Below the pieces are notes generated by a model that saw only the letters and a list, made by a program, of their open reading frames with translations, did no database searches and was not told where the DNA came from. A stretch of 64,000 bases of DNA from an uncultured Gammaproteobacteria bacterium (lineage in GTDB: Bacteria; Patescibacteriota; Microgenomatia; UBA10105; UBA927), in assembly GCA_964349125.1 (NCBI GenBank), contig CAYGFH010000003.1, positions 103,194-167,193 of the forward strand, read 5' to 3'. The position numbers and the translations under genes were made by a program. The number at the start of each line of letters is the position of its first letter. Position 1 is the stretch's first letter. Positions 29,229-39,972 of the stretch are shown here, piece by piece.

Positions 29229-30728
29229 CTGAAACGGTTCCTCTTTCCTCTTTTTTTGCTAATCGTGGGTATAACATTGTTTTTTGCCTCGTGGAGCGTA
29301 CTGCATGGGGACATCAATTTTATATCCGATGTAGCCCGCGACATGTTTTTGTTTGAAGAAATTCTGGAAAAGAAACTCATACTCATAGGACCCCGCGCAA
29401 GCGTAGGAGGGTTGTTTCATGGACCGCTCTGGTCGTACCTCACACTGCCCGGCTTTCTACTCGGTAATGGAAATCCTGTCGTGGTGGGATGGTACTGGAT
29501 AGGGCTGATTACACTTACACTGGCCGCCTGGTATATCGTATTCAAGCGCATGTTTGGATCTATAGCGGCAATGTGCTCTGTCCTATACGCTTCGCTCTAT
29601 TTTGTGTTCCACTCCAATTCCCTGTTTAACCCCGACGGTGCACTGTTTTTGATTCCGATCTTTTTTTATACCGTGGTGCGCTATGAGGAAACAGTGAACA
29701 TAAATTATTTACTTGGATCAATTCTTTTACTGGGGGCGATCATCCAATTTCAAATGGCTATCGGTGTACCGTTTCTCATCCTTCTTCTCCCTATTGCCCT
29801 CTATATCGCCATACGCGAAAAGAAACTGACGCATATGCTTACATTTTTGCTGATCCCAATCCTGTTATCCAATTTCCTCCTGTTTGACTTGAGACATGAG
29901 CATATCCTTGTGAACAACACACTGCGCCATCTGGGTACACATGACAGCACGAGTACGATGGCAAGTCTACTGTCTGACCGAATTACCTATCTGTATTCCC
30001 GCATAGAATTTTTACGGTTCGGCCCTCCAAACGGACAGATATATGCAAGTTTTCTGTTTGCCACGTTTCTTTTTATTCAAATTGTCCAGAATGTGCATAG
30101 GAAAAAATATCTGCTGTTTCTCTACTTTCTGCTCGGATATTTTGCCCTCAGCCTACTCAACCGCTATAACCTGCTCACGCACTATGTATCTCCACTGGTA
30201 CCGTTTATTTTTCTTATGTTTGGCTCACTTGCCACATCCAAATTTCCGAAAGTATTCTTCGTACTGTTTGCCATTATGTATGGACTCAATATCGTAGGGG
30301 CAAAAAATTATATACAAAGTCTGAACCGGTTTATCGGATATGACCAGTATTCATGGAAAGCACTACATGAGGCCACATCAACACTCGTCAAAGGCGAAGA
30401 GGGTGAATTCGGCTACTTTGTCTATGCGCCGGATATCGTAGGATATGGACCCAGATACGCAATGCACTACGCAAACCGTATGAATGGGAATCACGGACGT
30501 GCATTTGAGAAAAAGCCCGTTACCTACCTGTTTATAGAACCAGCCGCCCGTAACAACGCATTTACGTCCAAAGATAAATGGAAGCGGGATCAGATCCATA
30601 TCACGTCCACTCCTACACTTGAGAGAACATTTTATAACGGCTATTCATTTGAACGGCATGAACTGACTGAGGATGAGCAGAAGCAACCGTTTGATCCCGG
30701 TGTAAATCCCGGTCTGCATTACCGGTAA
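29223..30728 (+). CDS. Large polytopic membrane protein, possibly GT-C fold glycosyltransferase
   Basis: About 12 TM helices. Weak resemblance to PMT/ArnT-like families. Confidence 0.35.
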   Translation: MHLKRFLFPLFLLIVGITLFFASWSVLHGDINFISDVARDMFLFEEILEKKLILIGPRASVGGLFHGPLWSYLTLPGFLLGNGNPVVVGWYWIGLITLTLAAWYIVFKRMFGSIAAMCSVLYASLYFVFHSNSLFNPDGALFLIPIFFYTVVRYEETVNINYLLGSILLLGAIIQFQMAIGVPFLILLLPIALYIAIREKKLTHMLTFLLIPILLSNFLLFDLRHEHILVNNTLRHLGTHDSTSTMASLLSDRITYLYSRIEFLRFGPPNGQIYASFLFATFLFIQIVQNVHRKKYLLFLYFLLGYFALSLLNRYNLLTHYVSPLVPFIFLMFGSLATSKFPKVFFVLFAIMYGLNIVGAKNYIQSLNRFIGYDQYSWKALHEATSTLVKGEEGEFGYFVYAPDIVGYGPRYAMHYANRMNGNHGRAFEKKPVTYLFIEPAARNNAFTSKDKWKRDQIHITSTPTLERTFYNGYSFERHELTEDEQKQPFDPGVNPGLHYR

Positions 30729-30735
30729 GCCCGAA

Positions 30736-31452
30736 TCAGTTCAGTGAGCGAAGTCTGCGGTAGAAATACATGTGTGACGCCACCTGAAGCACTGCAGTGA
30801 TACCGATAATCACACTCCATTTTGATACACCCTGAATCGCCAGATGCAGAAATATGAACCAAACAGCAACGTAAATGAGCGTGTGAATTTTCCCCCACCA
30901 CTCTCGGAGCGTTTTTACACTCCAGTCGTTGGAAGTTATAAATAGGGCAAATAACGCCATATTTGCCAGTGATCCGGCTGCTACAAACAACTCAAATGTT
31001 AGTGGGATCTGAGTGGTAACCCATGGAATAATGCGAAGAATAAGCGCATGCATCAGAATAAGCAGATACGTAAGAACCCCGAGCTGCCTTCTATACATCG
31101 AGATGATCATAATGAGCTTGTGACTAAATCTGAAGCGCCTGGCAATTCCGGGAATGCTTACAAGCACAAAAAATAACGTAGCATATTCCCCTGCCTTCAG
31201 AGCGAACATGCTAAACATCGCGCTGTTTATATCTCTGACAAAAGTGGAATATCCGCCAATGACTAGTAAGACAACCACAAGCCAATTGATAGACAACAAC
31301 GCGGTCATCAACTGATTACGGAATTTGGAAACCCACAGAAAAACAGAATCAATGAGTGTAGAAACTTTCATAATAGTCCAAGATTCCCGTCTGCCTGCCT
31401 CGTCGGCGAGCGGGCGCAAGAATGACAGGGATACATTAGCCCTCAGGCTCAC
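30736..31452 (-). CDS. Membrane protein, ferric-reductase-like TM domain (MsrQ/YedZ-like)
   Basis: Six TM helices with conserved His in helices. Confidence 0.4.
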   Translation of the reverse strand: MSLRANVSLSFLRPLADEAGRRESWTIMKVSTLIDSVFLWVSKFRNQLMTALLSINWLVVVLLVIGGYSTFVRDINSAMFSMFALKAGEYATLFFVLVSIPGIARRFRFSHKLIMIISMYRRQLGVLTYLLILMHALILRIIPWVTTQIPLTFELFVAAGSLANMALFALFITSNDWSVKTLREWWGKIHTLIYVAVWFIFLHLAIQGVSKWSVIIGITAVLQVASHMYFYRRLRSLN

Positions 31453-31981
31453 CCGGAGGTGGTTCCTGCTCGAGTATGGCTCCCGGTTTTAGCCACTCCA
31501 CATACGTGCACCCTGTTGCTACTTTCTTTTCTCTGTCCCAGCCTGCTGTTGAACACTTTTTCATCTTCTTTCCTGCAGCCGTGGTATAGAGAACCAATGA
31601 CTCTCCGCACTCAGGACATTTTTCAGGAAGTGGTTCTGTCGTACCGTTGATCCATTCAACATACTCACAACCTGTCGCTTTCTTGGTTGCTTTGTCCCAT
31701 CCGCCGGTCGAACACTTCTTCATCTTTTTCCCGAAGCGGGTCACCATAAGGACGAGCGGGTTGCCACACTTTGGGCATTTTTCATCCAGCGTCTGCGGAG
31801 GCGTTTCCAGCCATTTCACATAGTCACATCCTTCGTTTTTCTTTGTGTCAGGATTCCAGCGGCCTGCACTGCAGCGCTGCAGTCGTTTACCAGTTGCAGT
31901 CGTCTGTACTTCAGAAAGAGGACTGCTGCACTTTGGACACGCTTCTGTACCGGTTTGAGAGGAATCATCTGTATTTTTCAT
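31436..31981 (-). CDS. YrdD-like protein with three topoisomerase-type C4 zinc ribbons
   Basis: Three ~55 aa repeats of the form CPKCG/CPECG...KKCS.GGW...GC.YVEW. Confidence 0.6.
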   Translation of the reverse strand: MKNTDDSSQTGTEACPKCSSPLSEVQTTATGKRLQRCSAGRWNPDTKKNEGCDYVKWLETPPQTLDEKCPKCGNPLVLMVTRFGKKMKKCSTGGWDKATKKATGCEYVEWINGTTEPLPEKCPECGESLVLYTTAAGKKMKKCSTAGWDREKKVATGCTYVEWLKPGAILEQEPPPGEPEG

Positions 31982-32046
31982 ATCTTACAAACGTACCATA
32001 AATATCGGGGAGATAAAAGGGATAGATTCAATTCCTGTACGGTGTG

Positions 32047-34326
32047 TTACTTTACCATCAATTTGTATGTTTTTGAGGTCTTGTGTCCTGCTGCATCCAC
32101 AGCGGTAAACGTGGGAGTAAAGTTTCCACGAACACTGGGTGTGCCGCTGATTGTGCAAGTCGTGCTTACGCCGGAGAATCCGCCTCCACTGGTGGTACAG
32201 CCTGTTAGGGATAATCCTGTCGGCAATTTGATCGCAGAGACAGTCAATGTGTCTGATGGGGTTGAATCCGTCACCACTACTGTTGCGTTATATGCAGCTC
32301 CCCGCTTCCCCTGCGGGAGGCTAGTCGTCTTAAAGACAGGGGCTGTGACCGACACTGTCGGAGTGGGGGTGTATGTGGCGCTCACCGGGGTTGGAATCGG
32401 TGTGCCAGTTGCAGTCGGCGCCATCAAGGTCGGAGTAGGTGTACTCACAATACCTACACATGCATCTCCAGTTCCAGTAGGAATACAGGTAGCATCTTTG
32501 GTAAATAGGAGCCTGTCTACCGCAACTCCCGGCTCTGCTGCATTGCCAATAAGGGTAATGGTATGCGTCCCTTCAGCAATGATTGGCATAGGAATCTTAT
32601 TCGTCGTATTTCCGTTTTGATAATCTACCCATACCCAACTGCCTACCGGCATGCCGACCAAGTCTCCCACTTTCACACAGTACAATCCGTCAAGCTGCGC
32701 AAACAATGAATTAGCACTATCTCCATTGCCTTTCATCTGTACCCAAAGTTTATAGTTACCGGAGACAGGCAGGTTTATGCTATAGGAAGCTATTCCTTTG
32801 CCCGTGTATCCTGCCGGTGGACATGTATATGTAGATTGTGTGGGTATCGGTGTGAGTGTGTAAATCGGCGTGGAAGTGGCTATCGGTGTCGAATTTACAG
32901 TCCCCGTATATTCGTGGGCGCCAATATCCGATACTGCATTTTGAGGCCTGGATGAACCGAAATAATCATCTGTTACCCCTGAAACAGGACCAGCCATGTT
33001 TATAGCCGGAGAAAGGCTGCTCAATTTAAACGAATCAGCGGATGTATTTGGAATCACTGCAAATTTCACATCGCCTGACTTATCATTTGTGCCGGTAGCA
33101 TTGGTTGATGACGAAACCATCGTAGGTGACCAAAAGTTATTGTACAGAGATATACCGGTCTTATTTGTTATCCAGGCGAGTTTACCGGATGATTGATGAA
33201 TAATGTTATTTGCAATGACTGTATTTCGCTGTTTAGTCGCATCGTATGCAAGTGACAACGCGGTAGACGTACTATTCCAAAATGTATTATTGACGACGGT
33301 GATAGTATCCAGTCCCCCGCCGGGAACATCCGCATTCCATGTCGCAAGTGATTTATAGCAACCGGACGCAATATTGTTTTTTATGGTGACGCGGGCAAGC
33401 TGCGCTCCCCATCCGTCATAATATTCCTCACCCAATGCGTATGCCGTGGCGGGGTTTCCTCCCCGTTCAAATCCGCTGTTTGGTGTACACCAGGAAATGT
33501 TTTTTTCCACCAGCACATCATGGGAATTGTCCACATAAATGTTTGCTGTGTAATTATTATATGCTTTGTTGTTTCTTACAACGACATTCGTCCCCCGTGT
33601 AACCGCTATACCTTCACCGTAATTGTTGTAGGTGAGATTATCGGCAATGAGGATATTATCTCCTCCAACTTTTACCTTAATTCCTGAGCCGTACCCGCTG
33701 GTTTTATACGGTAATCCGTTTGCATCTTTATTCTCTGCAGCGGCATGATGAACCGTATTGCCGACAAATTCTATGTGTTTCCCGTCCATAAACGCGCCCA
33801 TGCCCTTACAGTCATGGATAAGCAAACCTGAGGCACGAATATACGAGCCACCCAGATTGACACAGTACTGCGTGCTGTTTTTCACTTCAATCCCTGAGAC
33901 GTTTATATATGAACCAGTTATCAACATACCATTGTCCGTCGCATATTGAAGGTCAATAACTGGTGTTTGTCCAATGACAGGTTGTATGGTAATCCGACTT
34001 GTCTCTGTCCCGCTTTTGGATACCGACAGGCGCTGTGTATACGTGCCGCCAAATACGTAGAGTGTATCGCCTGGCTGCAGCATCGTCACGGCTTTTGCAA
34101 ATGTTTTAAACGGCGAAGTTTCTGTGCCAGAATTTGTATCACTCCCGCTTGGAGAGACATAATACGCATTTCCTGATGCAAAAATATGTGTAATAAACCT
34201 AGGTCCCGATACAAATGCCACTGTTACGGCAACGACAGCAAGAAACAGCAACATAAATGGAATACTCAACCGATTATTCCACAATGCTTTTTTTGTATCC
34301 GGCATTCTGCGGTAGTGTCGTTTCAT
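32047..34326 (-). CDS. Large cell-surface protein: right-handed beta-helix (pectate-lyase-like) plus PT linkers and a C-terminal Ig-like domain
   Basis: N-terminal TM/signal. Repeated NN..N beta-helix turns (VVRNNKAYNNY, IANNIIH). PT-rich linkers. Confidence 0.55.
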   Translation of the reverse strand: MKRHYRRMPDTKKALWNNRLSIPFMLLFLAVVAVTVAFVSGPRFITHIFASGNAYYVSPSGSDTNSGTETSPFKTFAKAVTMLQPGDTLYVFGGTYTQRLSVSKSGTETSRITIQPVIGQTPVIDLQYATDNGMLITGSYINVSGIEVKNSTQYCVNLGGSYIRASGLLIHDCKGMGAFMDGKHIEFVGNTVHHAAAENKDANGLPYKTSGYGSGIKVKVGGDNILIADNLTYNNYGEGIAVTRGTNVVVRNNKAYNNYTANIYVDNSHDVLVEKNISWCTPNSGFERGGNPATAYALGEEYYDGWGAQLARVTIKNNIASGCYKSLATWNADVPGGGLDTITVVNNTFWNSTSTALSLAYDATKQRNTVIANNIIHQSSGKLAWITNKTGISLYNNFWSPTMVSSSTNATGTNDKSGDVKFAVIPNTSADSFKLSSLSPAINMAGPVSGVTDDYFGSSRPQNAVSDIGAHEYTGTVNSTPIATSTPIYTLTPIPTQSTYTCPPAGYTGKGIASYSINLPVSGNYKLWVQMKGNGDSANSLFAQLDGLYCVKVGDLVGMPVGSWVWVDYQNGNTTNKIPMPIIAEGTHTITLIGNAAEPGVAVDRLLFTKDATCIPTGTGDACVGIVSTPTPTLMAPTATGTPIPTPVSATYTPTPTVSVTAPVFKTTSLPQGKRGAAYNATVVVTDSTPSDTLTVSAIKLPTGLSLTGCTTSGGGFSGVSTTCTISGTPSVRGNFTPTFTAVDAAGHKTSKTYKLMVK

Positions 34327-34327
34327 A

Positions 34328-34594
34328 CTAAAATTGAATAAATGAACCTGTACTATCTTTCGTCACACTTCCAGACAAGGTCATATCTTCTCCTTCGATC
34401 CGTACTCCTGTCGCCGTTTGGATAAACGCTTTGGCTCTAAGATCACGAGATTTTCCATTGTTTTGCATGCGATCCAGTTGAACAAACACCGCAATAGCCG
34501 TCATCGTAATAATTGCCAGAAACAGAAATGGCATCTTTGTATTTGCCTCGTGCAGGCGTTGATGGAGGTTAGGTTTCTTGGATACAAATCCCAT
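34328..34594 (-). CDS. Small membrane protein
   Basis: 88 aa with one TM helix, tightly coupled upstream of the beta-helix gene. Confidence 0.3.
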   Translation of the reverse strand: MGFVSKKPNLHQRLHEANTKMPFLFLAIITMTAIAVFVQLDRMQNNGKSRDLRAKAFIQTATGVRIEGEDMTLSGSVTKDSTGSFIQF

Positions 34595-34654
34595 AGGTAT
34601 GACTCAAGTATGTAAGAAGTGTACAAATAGAGTCAAGACACCAAAAACAGGTTG

Positions 34655-35632
34655 TTACGATACACGTTCAAGTAAGGAAATAATTTCTTCAATAACTGGA
34701 TACACCTCTCCCGGTTCGCGAGTTTCCATACATTTTGCCCGCCAATCTGATGCGCCGTCAAATCCTCGTACATAGATCTTAAAAAACTTTTTGAGAATCG
34801 GATAGTGCTTCCTCTTTCCCCAGACTTCTTCATACATCTCTACATGTCGTTTCATAATCCGCATATACTCTATCGGTGTATGCGTGGGTTTAGGTGATTT
34901 CTTCTCAAATGCCCACATGTCCTCAAATATTCCCCGACCGATCATCACACCGTCCACACCACTGTGAGCAATTTTTGCCAGACCGTCATGGTAATTTTGT
35001 ACATCACCATTGCCCAGTATAACAGTCTCTGGACTTACGGAATTTCGCAGCTGCACCGCGCGGGCTATCTCATCCCAATGGCAGGGAACTTTTGACATCT
35101 CCGCGGCCGTTCGCCCATGCACAGTCAGCGCCTGTATGCCACAAGAGAGCACTGTTGATATCCACTCCTCTGTACTAATCTTGGAAAACCCAATGCGCGT
35201 TTTTACACTGACTGGTATTCTCCCGCCTACTCCTTCTTTTGTCGCGTGTATAATTTCTTTGGCCAAACCCGGCGTTTTTATCATGGCTGCACACGCACCG
35301 TGCCCGATAATCGCACGCTGGGGGCAGCCCATATTGATGTCTACACCATCAAAGCCCATTTCCACGATCTCGGACGCGGTTTTGTAATATGTTTCCGGAT
35401 GGATTCCCCACACCTGCGCGACCAATGGCTTTTCACTGTCGGTGAATTTGAGCCTATGCTCTACAGCTTTTCTTCCTACGGATTGCATGCCATCACAATT
35501 AGTAAACTCTGTGTAGAACACATCGGGTCGTGCGCAGGAAGCAACCATTTGGCGAAATACCGTATCGGTGACATCCTCCATGGGTGCAAGCGCAAAAATC
35601 GGTTTGGGCAGAGTTTGCCAGAAGTTATTCAT
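34655..35632 (-). CDS. dus: tRNA-dihydrouridine synthase
   Basis: ALAPMEDVTD... and MGCP catalytic Cys motif. Confidence 0.88.
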   Translation of the reverse strand: MNNFWQTLPKPIFALAPMEDVTDTVFRQMVASCARPDVFYTEFTNCDGMQSVGRKAVEHRLKFTDSEKPLVAQVWGIHPETYYKTASEIVEMGFDGVDINMGCPQRAIIGHGACAAMIKTPGLAKEIIHATKEGVGGRIPVSVKTRIGFSKISTEEWISTVLSCGIQALTVHGRTAAEMSKVPCHWDEIARAVQLRNSVSPETVILGNGDVQNYHDGLAKIAHSGVDGVMIGRGIFEDMWAFEKKSPKPTHTPIEYMRIMKRHVEMYEEVWGKRKHYPILKKFFKIYVRGFDGASDWRAKCMETREPGEVYPVIEEIISLLERVS

Positions 35633-35744
35633 GCTCCTATTATCCCATATAGAAGCGCCATTTGTCCTATCCGAAGCGCGCTAAGTCATAGTGCATCATG
35701 CTTGAATAATGTATGTTTTGTCGATTTATAAACCAGTTAGGCTT

Positions 35745-36749
35745 TTACAAAGAGGCTTTATGCGGCATGGCACCGTACGTGTCTGAGCCCAGTACGTGGG
35801 CAATCTGAAGCACAGCTTCCCCCGCGATGTTTCTATACGCTTCATCTCCTTTTACCTCTATCTCTACACCCAGTTCAGATGGAACTGTAGCGTAATAGTA
35901 TCCGCCCAACAGTTTTGACGGTTGCATGATGCCTTTTTTCAGTGAAAGTGATGTCGCGAGACCTTCTAATCTAGATCTGGGCTCTACGAACGCAATACGT
36001 GTGGTATTTGAAATAACACCCTTACAGAAAAAATCTACCGAATTGATACCATTTTTCTGTGTAACATTTACACTGTCTCCCCGTTCATTGATAATCCGGG
36101 CATCTCTATATTCCCGTTCAAACTGCGGGCCAAATGAGATTTCGCTGCTTTCCTTATGCACAATATGCGTCACCGCGCACCCTTCGGAAAAAAACTGCCC
36201 GATTGTGGCCTTATCAAGACGATCTTTCCGTAGCCGATCTATCCCTTTAAAATTTCGCATGACGATGAGCACGTTTTCCACCCGAGCTGTTACAAATTCA
36301 TTCCAACTCACAACGCCCTCCGGCCCCGCATCAATCGCAAACAGATACCGCAGTGACTCCAGCTTGCCATCAATAAACCCCAACCGAAGCCTGCTGGTAT
36401 GCTCCAGATCCGAAGAAAACCCTTCAAACTGCGCATAATAATCAATGGATTCTCTGAGTTTGCCACACACCGGCCTGATATTGCCAGGAAGTCTGACTCT
36501 GCTGACAGCACGGGCAACAGACTGGACTGATCTAAATCCATCTGGCACCTTGATCTCCGCCTCCTCATGCGGATTGACTGTCGCTGGATATATCCCCGGA
36601 GGAAGAATACGATTATCCCTCAATTCGTGAAACAGGTTTACGCTTGTGAGCGGTATAGTCATTTCCTGTTTGTTTGGTTTCCTCAACAAAAGCCCATCCG
36701 GGTTTGCATCCTCTGCCATGCCTGAGGATCGTGCGAGTTCTACTGCCAT
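35745..36749 (-). CDS. Hypothetical protein
   Basis: 334 aa ORF with no motif recognised. Confidence 0.4.
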   Translation of the reverse strand: MAVELARSSGMAEDANPDGLLLRKPNKQEMTIPLTSVNLFHELRDNRILPPGIYPATVNPHEEAEIKVPDGFRSVQSVARAVSRVRLPGNIRPVCGKLRESIDYYAQFEGFSSDLEHTSRLRLGFIDGKLESLRYLFAIDAGPEGVVSWNEFVTARVENVLIVMRNFKGIDRLRKDRLDKATIGQFFSEGCAVTHIVHKESSEISFGPQFEREYRDARIINERGDSVNVTQKNGINSVDFFCKGVISNTTRIAFVEPRSRLEGLATSLSLKKGIMQPSKLLGGYYYATVPSELGVEIEVKGDEAYRNIAGEAVLQIAHVLGSDTYGAMPHKASL

Positions 36750-36825
36750 ATGGTATCTCCGAGAGATGTAATATTATAGGTTATATCTGAGTGGAAAACA
36801 AGACGTTGTAATATATTTTACAACA

Positions 36826-37998
36826 TTATTTCGAGGAAAAGAATTCCCTATAGAGGAATAACACTGTGAGTATCGATACGTGCGCAATAACAAGCGCATT
36901 GGCTGGACCTATCCGATCTGCCAAAAATCCGAGTGAGATGACTGAAATACTGAAGGCCATACTGCCCAACAGAGAACTTAATGATCCCAACGTCGCCCGC
37001 TGCACATGGGTAAACTCCACCTGCTGGAGCGAGTTAACAGCAGTCGTCGTGACACCATAAAACAGTGAAGTGGAACTCATAAGTGCGGGTGATGCAAGAG
37101 ACGGAAACAACAACGCCGAAATATTTATGATACGGTTTATGATAATTTCGTATACCAATATACGTTTGTATCCGAACCTCTTCAATAATGGTCCGCTATA
37201 GTGAAAACTAATCGCCGCGCCAAGATGAGAAAGCGCCTTTGCAATTCCGACCGCCCACAGTGGCCAGAGAGATGCCACAAACGCGGTGCGAAACTGGAAT
37301 GCTCCCTCATATACCGCAGTCCTCATCGCGGAAATAATAGCCAATAACCGCAGCTTGCGATTTACCTTAAACTGACCGAGGGATTCCCTCATATGGGTGT
37401 ATATATTTGTATGGGAGGCTGATTTCTTTTTGGGCTCGACAATCTGAAATGCGAGTGCAACCAAAATAAGACGCGGAATAAGCGATGCCCATAATACCAA
37501 CGCATACGAGATATTTGCCATGATTCCGCCTGATACTGCTACGATCACCAGACCAATCTGGTTATAGCTGTTAAATTTACCGTAATACTGTTTGTATTCC
37601 TCCACCTCACCGGTCTCACTAACGGTATCATGAAGCAACGCATCGTTGTTTCCGCTATAGAACGAACTGCCTATTCCTTCAAACAGCGCGCCTGATGCAA
37701 GCCACCAATAGTTACCCCCGATAGCGTATAGAACGACAGATACAGTGGAGCAGAGTGCACCCGCGATAACTGTGTTTTTTCTGCCAATCATGTCCGAAAA
37801 CACACCAGTGGGCACTTCAAAAATAGCGGCAGAAAGCCATATCACAGAATAGATACTCATCGCTGCCGCGTACGAACCCGTGACATGCGCAAAATATAGA
37901 ACCGCAATAGGATTGTAGAAGACAAAGTCTATAAAAAAATTAAACCAAGACAATATGCGGATATTTTTGTGCATAGGGTACTCACGGTATTGTACCAC
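36826..37998 (-). CDS. MFS transporter
   Basis: 12 TM helices; GRK-like motif in loop 2-3. Confidence 0.75.
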   Translation of the reverse strand: MVQYREYPMHKNIRILSWFNFFIDFVFYNPIAVLYFAHVTGSYAAAMSIYSVIWLSAAIFEVPTGVFSDMIGRKNTVIAGALCSTVSVVLYAIGGNYWWLASGALFEGIGSSFYSGNNDALLHDTVSETGEVEEYKQYYGKFNSYNQIGLVIVAVSGGIMANISYALVLWASLIPRLILVALAFQIVEPKKKSASHTNIYTHMRESLGQFKVNRKLRLLAIISAMRTAVYEGAFQFRTAFVASLWPLWAVGIAKALSHLGAAISFHYSGPLLKRFGYKRILVYEIIINRIINISALLFPSLASPALMSSTSLFYGVTTTAVNSLQQVEFTHVQRATLGSLSSLLGSMAFSISVISLGFLADRIGPANALVIAHVSILTVLFLYREFFSSK

Positions 37999-38011
37999 CG
38001 CGAGTATCCCC

Positions 38012-39052
38012 TTATGGTTTGAGGTGTTTGTCGAAGAATGCGATGGAACGGTTCATAGCCAGACTAAAGTTGGCTGCAATATTATGATCATCTCCTTTGT
38101 ACTCAAACAGCGCAGACTCTTTACCAGCCGATTGCATACGCTCCTGCAGCTTTCTTGAGAACAGCACCGGTACGGTTTCGTCTGTATCACTGTGATGAAT
38201 TTCCAGTGGTCCTGATATATCGGTAAGGAATGATGTGGCTGAGATGGAATCCCAAAACTGCGGATTTTTTTCCGGTGTACCGAACTCATCCGACATTCGT
38301 TGCCTCCAACTGCGAGATTGAGACTGAGAGGGAAATGGCGTGATATTTGCCTGACGCCTGCGCCAATTATTAAGCAAATCATCATAGGATCCCACTACAC
38401 CACCCCAAATAACACCCGCTTTTACATCGGGTATGGTTACCATGACACGGAGCGTGATAAACCCACCCATGGAATGTCCCCACATACCGATCTTATCCAC
38501 ATTCACATCACCGCGTTTTTTGAGTGAAGAAACGGCATTTAATACATCAATAGTATAGTCATTTGAACCATATGCACCAGACGCGATACCCTCGGAATTG
38601 CCGTGACCACGATAATCAGGACGAAGCACGATGTAGCCGTTTCTGGCAAATCCGTCTACATATGCGATATATCGTTCGGTTGTCCTGTACTCTTTCGGTG
38701 GGATATAGCCATGATTAAACACAATTGCCGGGTATCCTTCAACGGGCATTGGTGCCATGGGAACCGTGAGCAGCGCGAAATTTTTGTTTCCCTCTGACTG
38801 ATACGATACGATATACCGCTTGTAATTACTGCCATTTGCGAGCGTTTCCTCAATAACAAGGTCGCTTCCGGGGTACTTACCGTTTCGGAGGCTCTCTATA
38901 GTAAGTGGATGCAGTTCTGCAGCGAAGGCATCGAGATTTTCCGCATCGTTTGTCATCGATATCCCAGAGGGAACATCTGTTTTAAATGACAATAATCGAT
39001 ACCCACCAAACGCGACTAATACAACACACAGCACAAGGATGAATCGTTTCAT
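38012..39052 (-). CDS. Alpha/beta hydrolase, S9 prolyl-oligopeptidase/dienelactone-hydrolase-like
   Basis: GHSMGG nucleophile elbow, a C-terminal Asp/His and an N-terminal TM/signal. Confidence 0.7.
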   Translation of the reverse strand: MKRFILVLCVVLVAFGGYRLLSFKTDVPSGISMTNDAENLDAFAAELHPLTIESLRNGKYPGSDLVIEETLANGSNYKRYIVSYQSEGNKNFALLTVPMAPMPVEGYPAIVFNHGYIPPKEYRTTERYIAYVDGFARNGYIVLRPDYRGHGNSEGIASGAYGSNDYTIDVLNAVSSLKKRGDVNVDKIGMWGHSMGGFITLRVMVTIPDVKAGVIWGGVVGSYDDLLNNWRRRQANITPFPSQSQSRSWRQRMSDEFGTPEKNPQFWDSISATSFLTDISGPLEIHHSDTDETVPVLFSRKLQERMQSAGKESALFEYKGDDHNIAANFSLAMNRSIAFFDKHLKP

Positions 39053-39096
39053 ATCTGTGAGATAGTATACAAAATCATTACTGAAAAAATGCTGAA

Positions 39097-39954
39097 TTAT
39101 ACGATCAGAGACTTGAGTATATCCTGCGCCCTGGTATGAAATATATAATGTCCCGATTCAGGGAAATAGGTGGCCGTGCATGCGGGCAATTGAGATGCAA
39201 CATATCTGGCCATACCAATCGGAACAATAGTGTCTTTCTCACCATGAAACAGTACTACCTCGTGTTGTATATCCCGAAGCGAAAATCCCCAATCTGTCGC
39301 ATATATTTCACTATCCTGTATGGCCCCTCTGTATCCCATACGCAGGCCTTCAAGATAACTTTTTCTATATGATTCCAGTTGCACGGACAGTGCCTCTTTA
39401 TCTATATTTGGCTTTCCGATACTCGCTATATATCCGTATACGGACGGTATATACGTGACAATTTTTTTCATGGCAAACAACTGATATGGAATAAGAAATC
39501 GAAATGAAGGGCCATATGTGAGAAAAAGCCGTTGTTTCAATGTCAAATCCCGCATTCGTTCTGACTCCCATATGGGCCCAACTCCACACGCTGTGGCAAT
39601 TCGGATAATCTTCTTTGGGATTTTATACGCACAGGCAAGCGCGTACGGACCTCCTCCGGAGACACCAAGAATGGAAAACTTTTTATGCTTAAGAATATGT
39701 GCAAGCTCGGCAATATCATCAGGAAAATCCAAAAGAGTCCTATTGTGTTGAACCGATGATTCACCATAGCCGGGACGGTCAACGGATATTATTTTTATCC
39801 CCAACGTTTTGGCTGACTGATCCAATCGTACGCCACTAAGGCGTGACGAAGGCCATCCATGGAAATAAAACACAGGACTGCCATGCGGATCACCGTAAAG
39901 GGAGTACCCAAGTATTCGTCCGTCCGAGAGTTGTATATGCTGCGCATCACTCAT
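39097..39954 (-). CDS. Alpha/beta hydrolase
   Basis: HGWPSS and GVSGGG motifs. Confidence 0.7.
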   Translation of the reverse strand: MSDAQHIQLSDGRILGYSLYGDPHGSPVFYFHGWPSSRLSGVRLDQSAKTLGIKIISVDRPGYGESSVQHNRTLLDFPDDIAELAHILKHKKFSILGVSGGGPYALACAYKIPKKIIRIATACGVGPIWESERMRDLTLKQRLFLTYGPSFRFLIPYQLFAMKKIVTYIPSVYGYIASIGKPNIDKEALSVQLESYRKSYLEGLRMGYRGAIQDSEIYATDWGFSLRDIQHEVVLFHGEKDTIVPIGMARYVASQLPACTATYFPESGHYIFHTRAQDILKSLIV

Positions 39955-39972
39955 ACGTATAGGTATCTGTGT

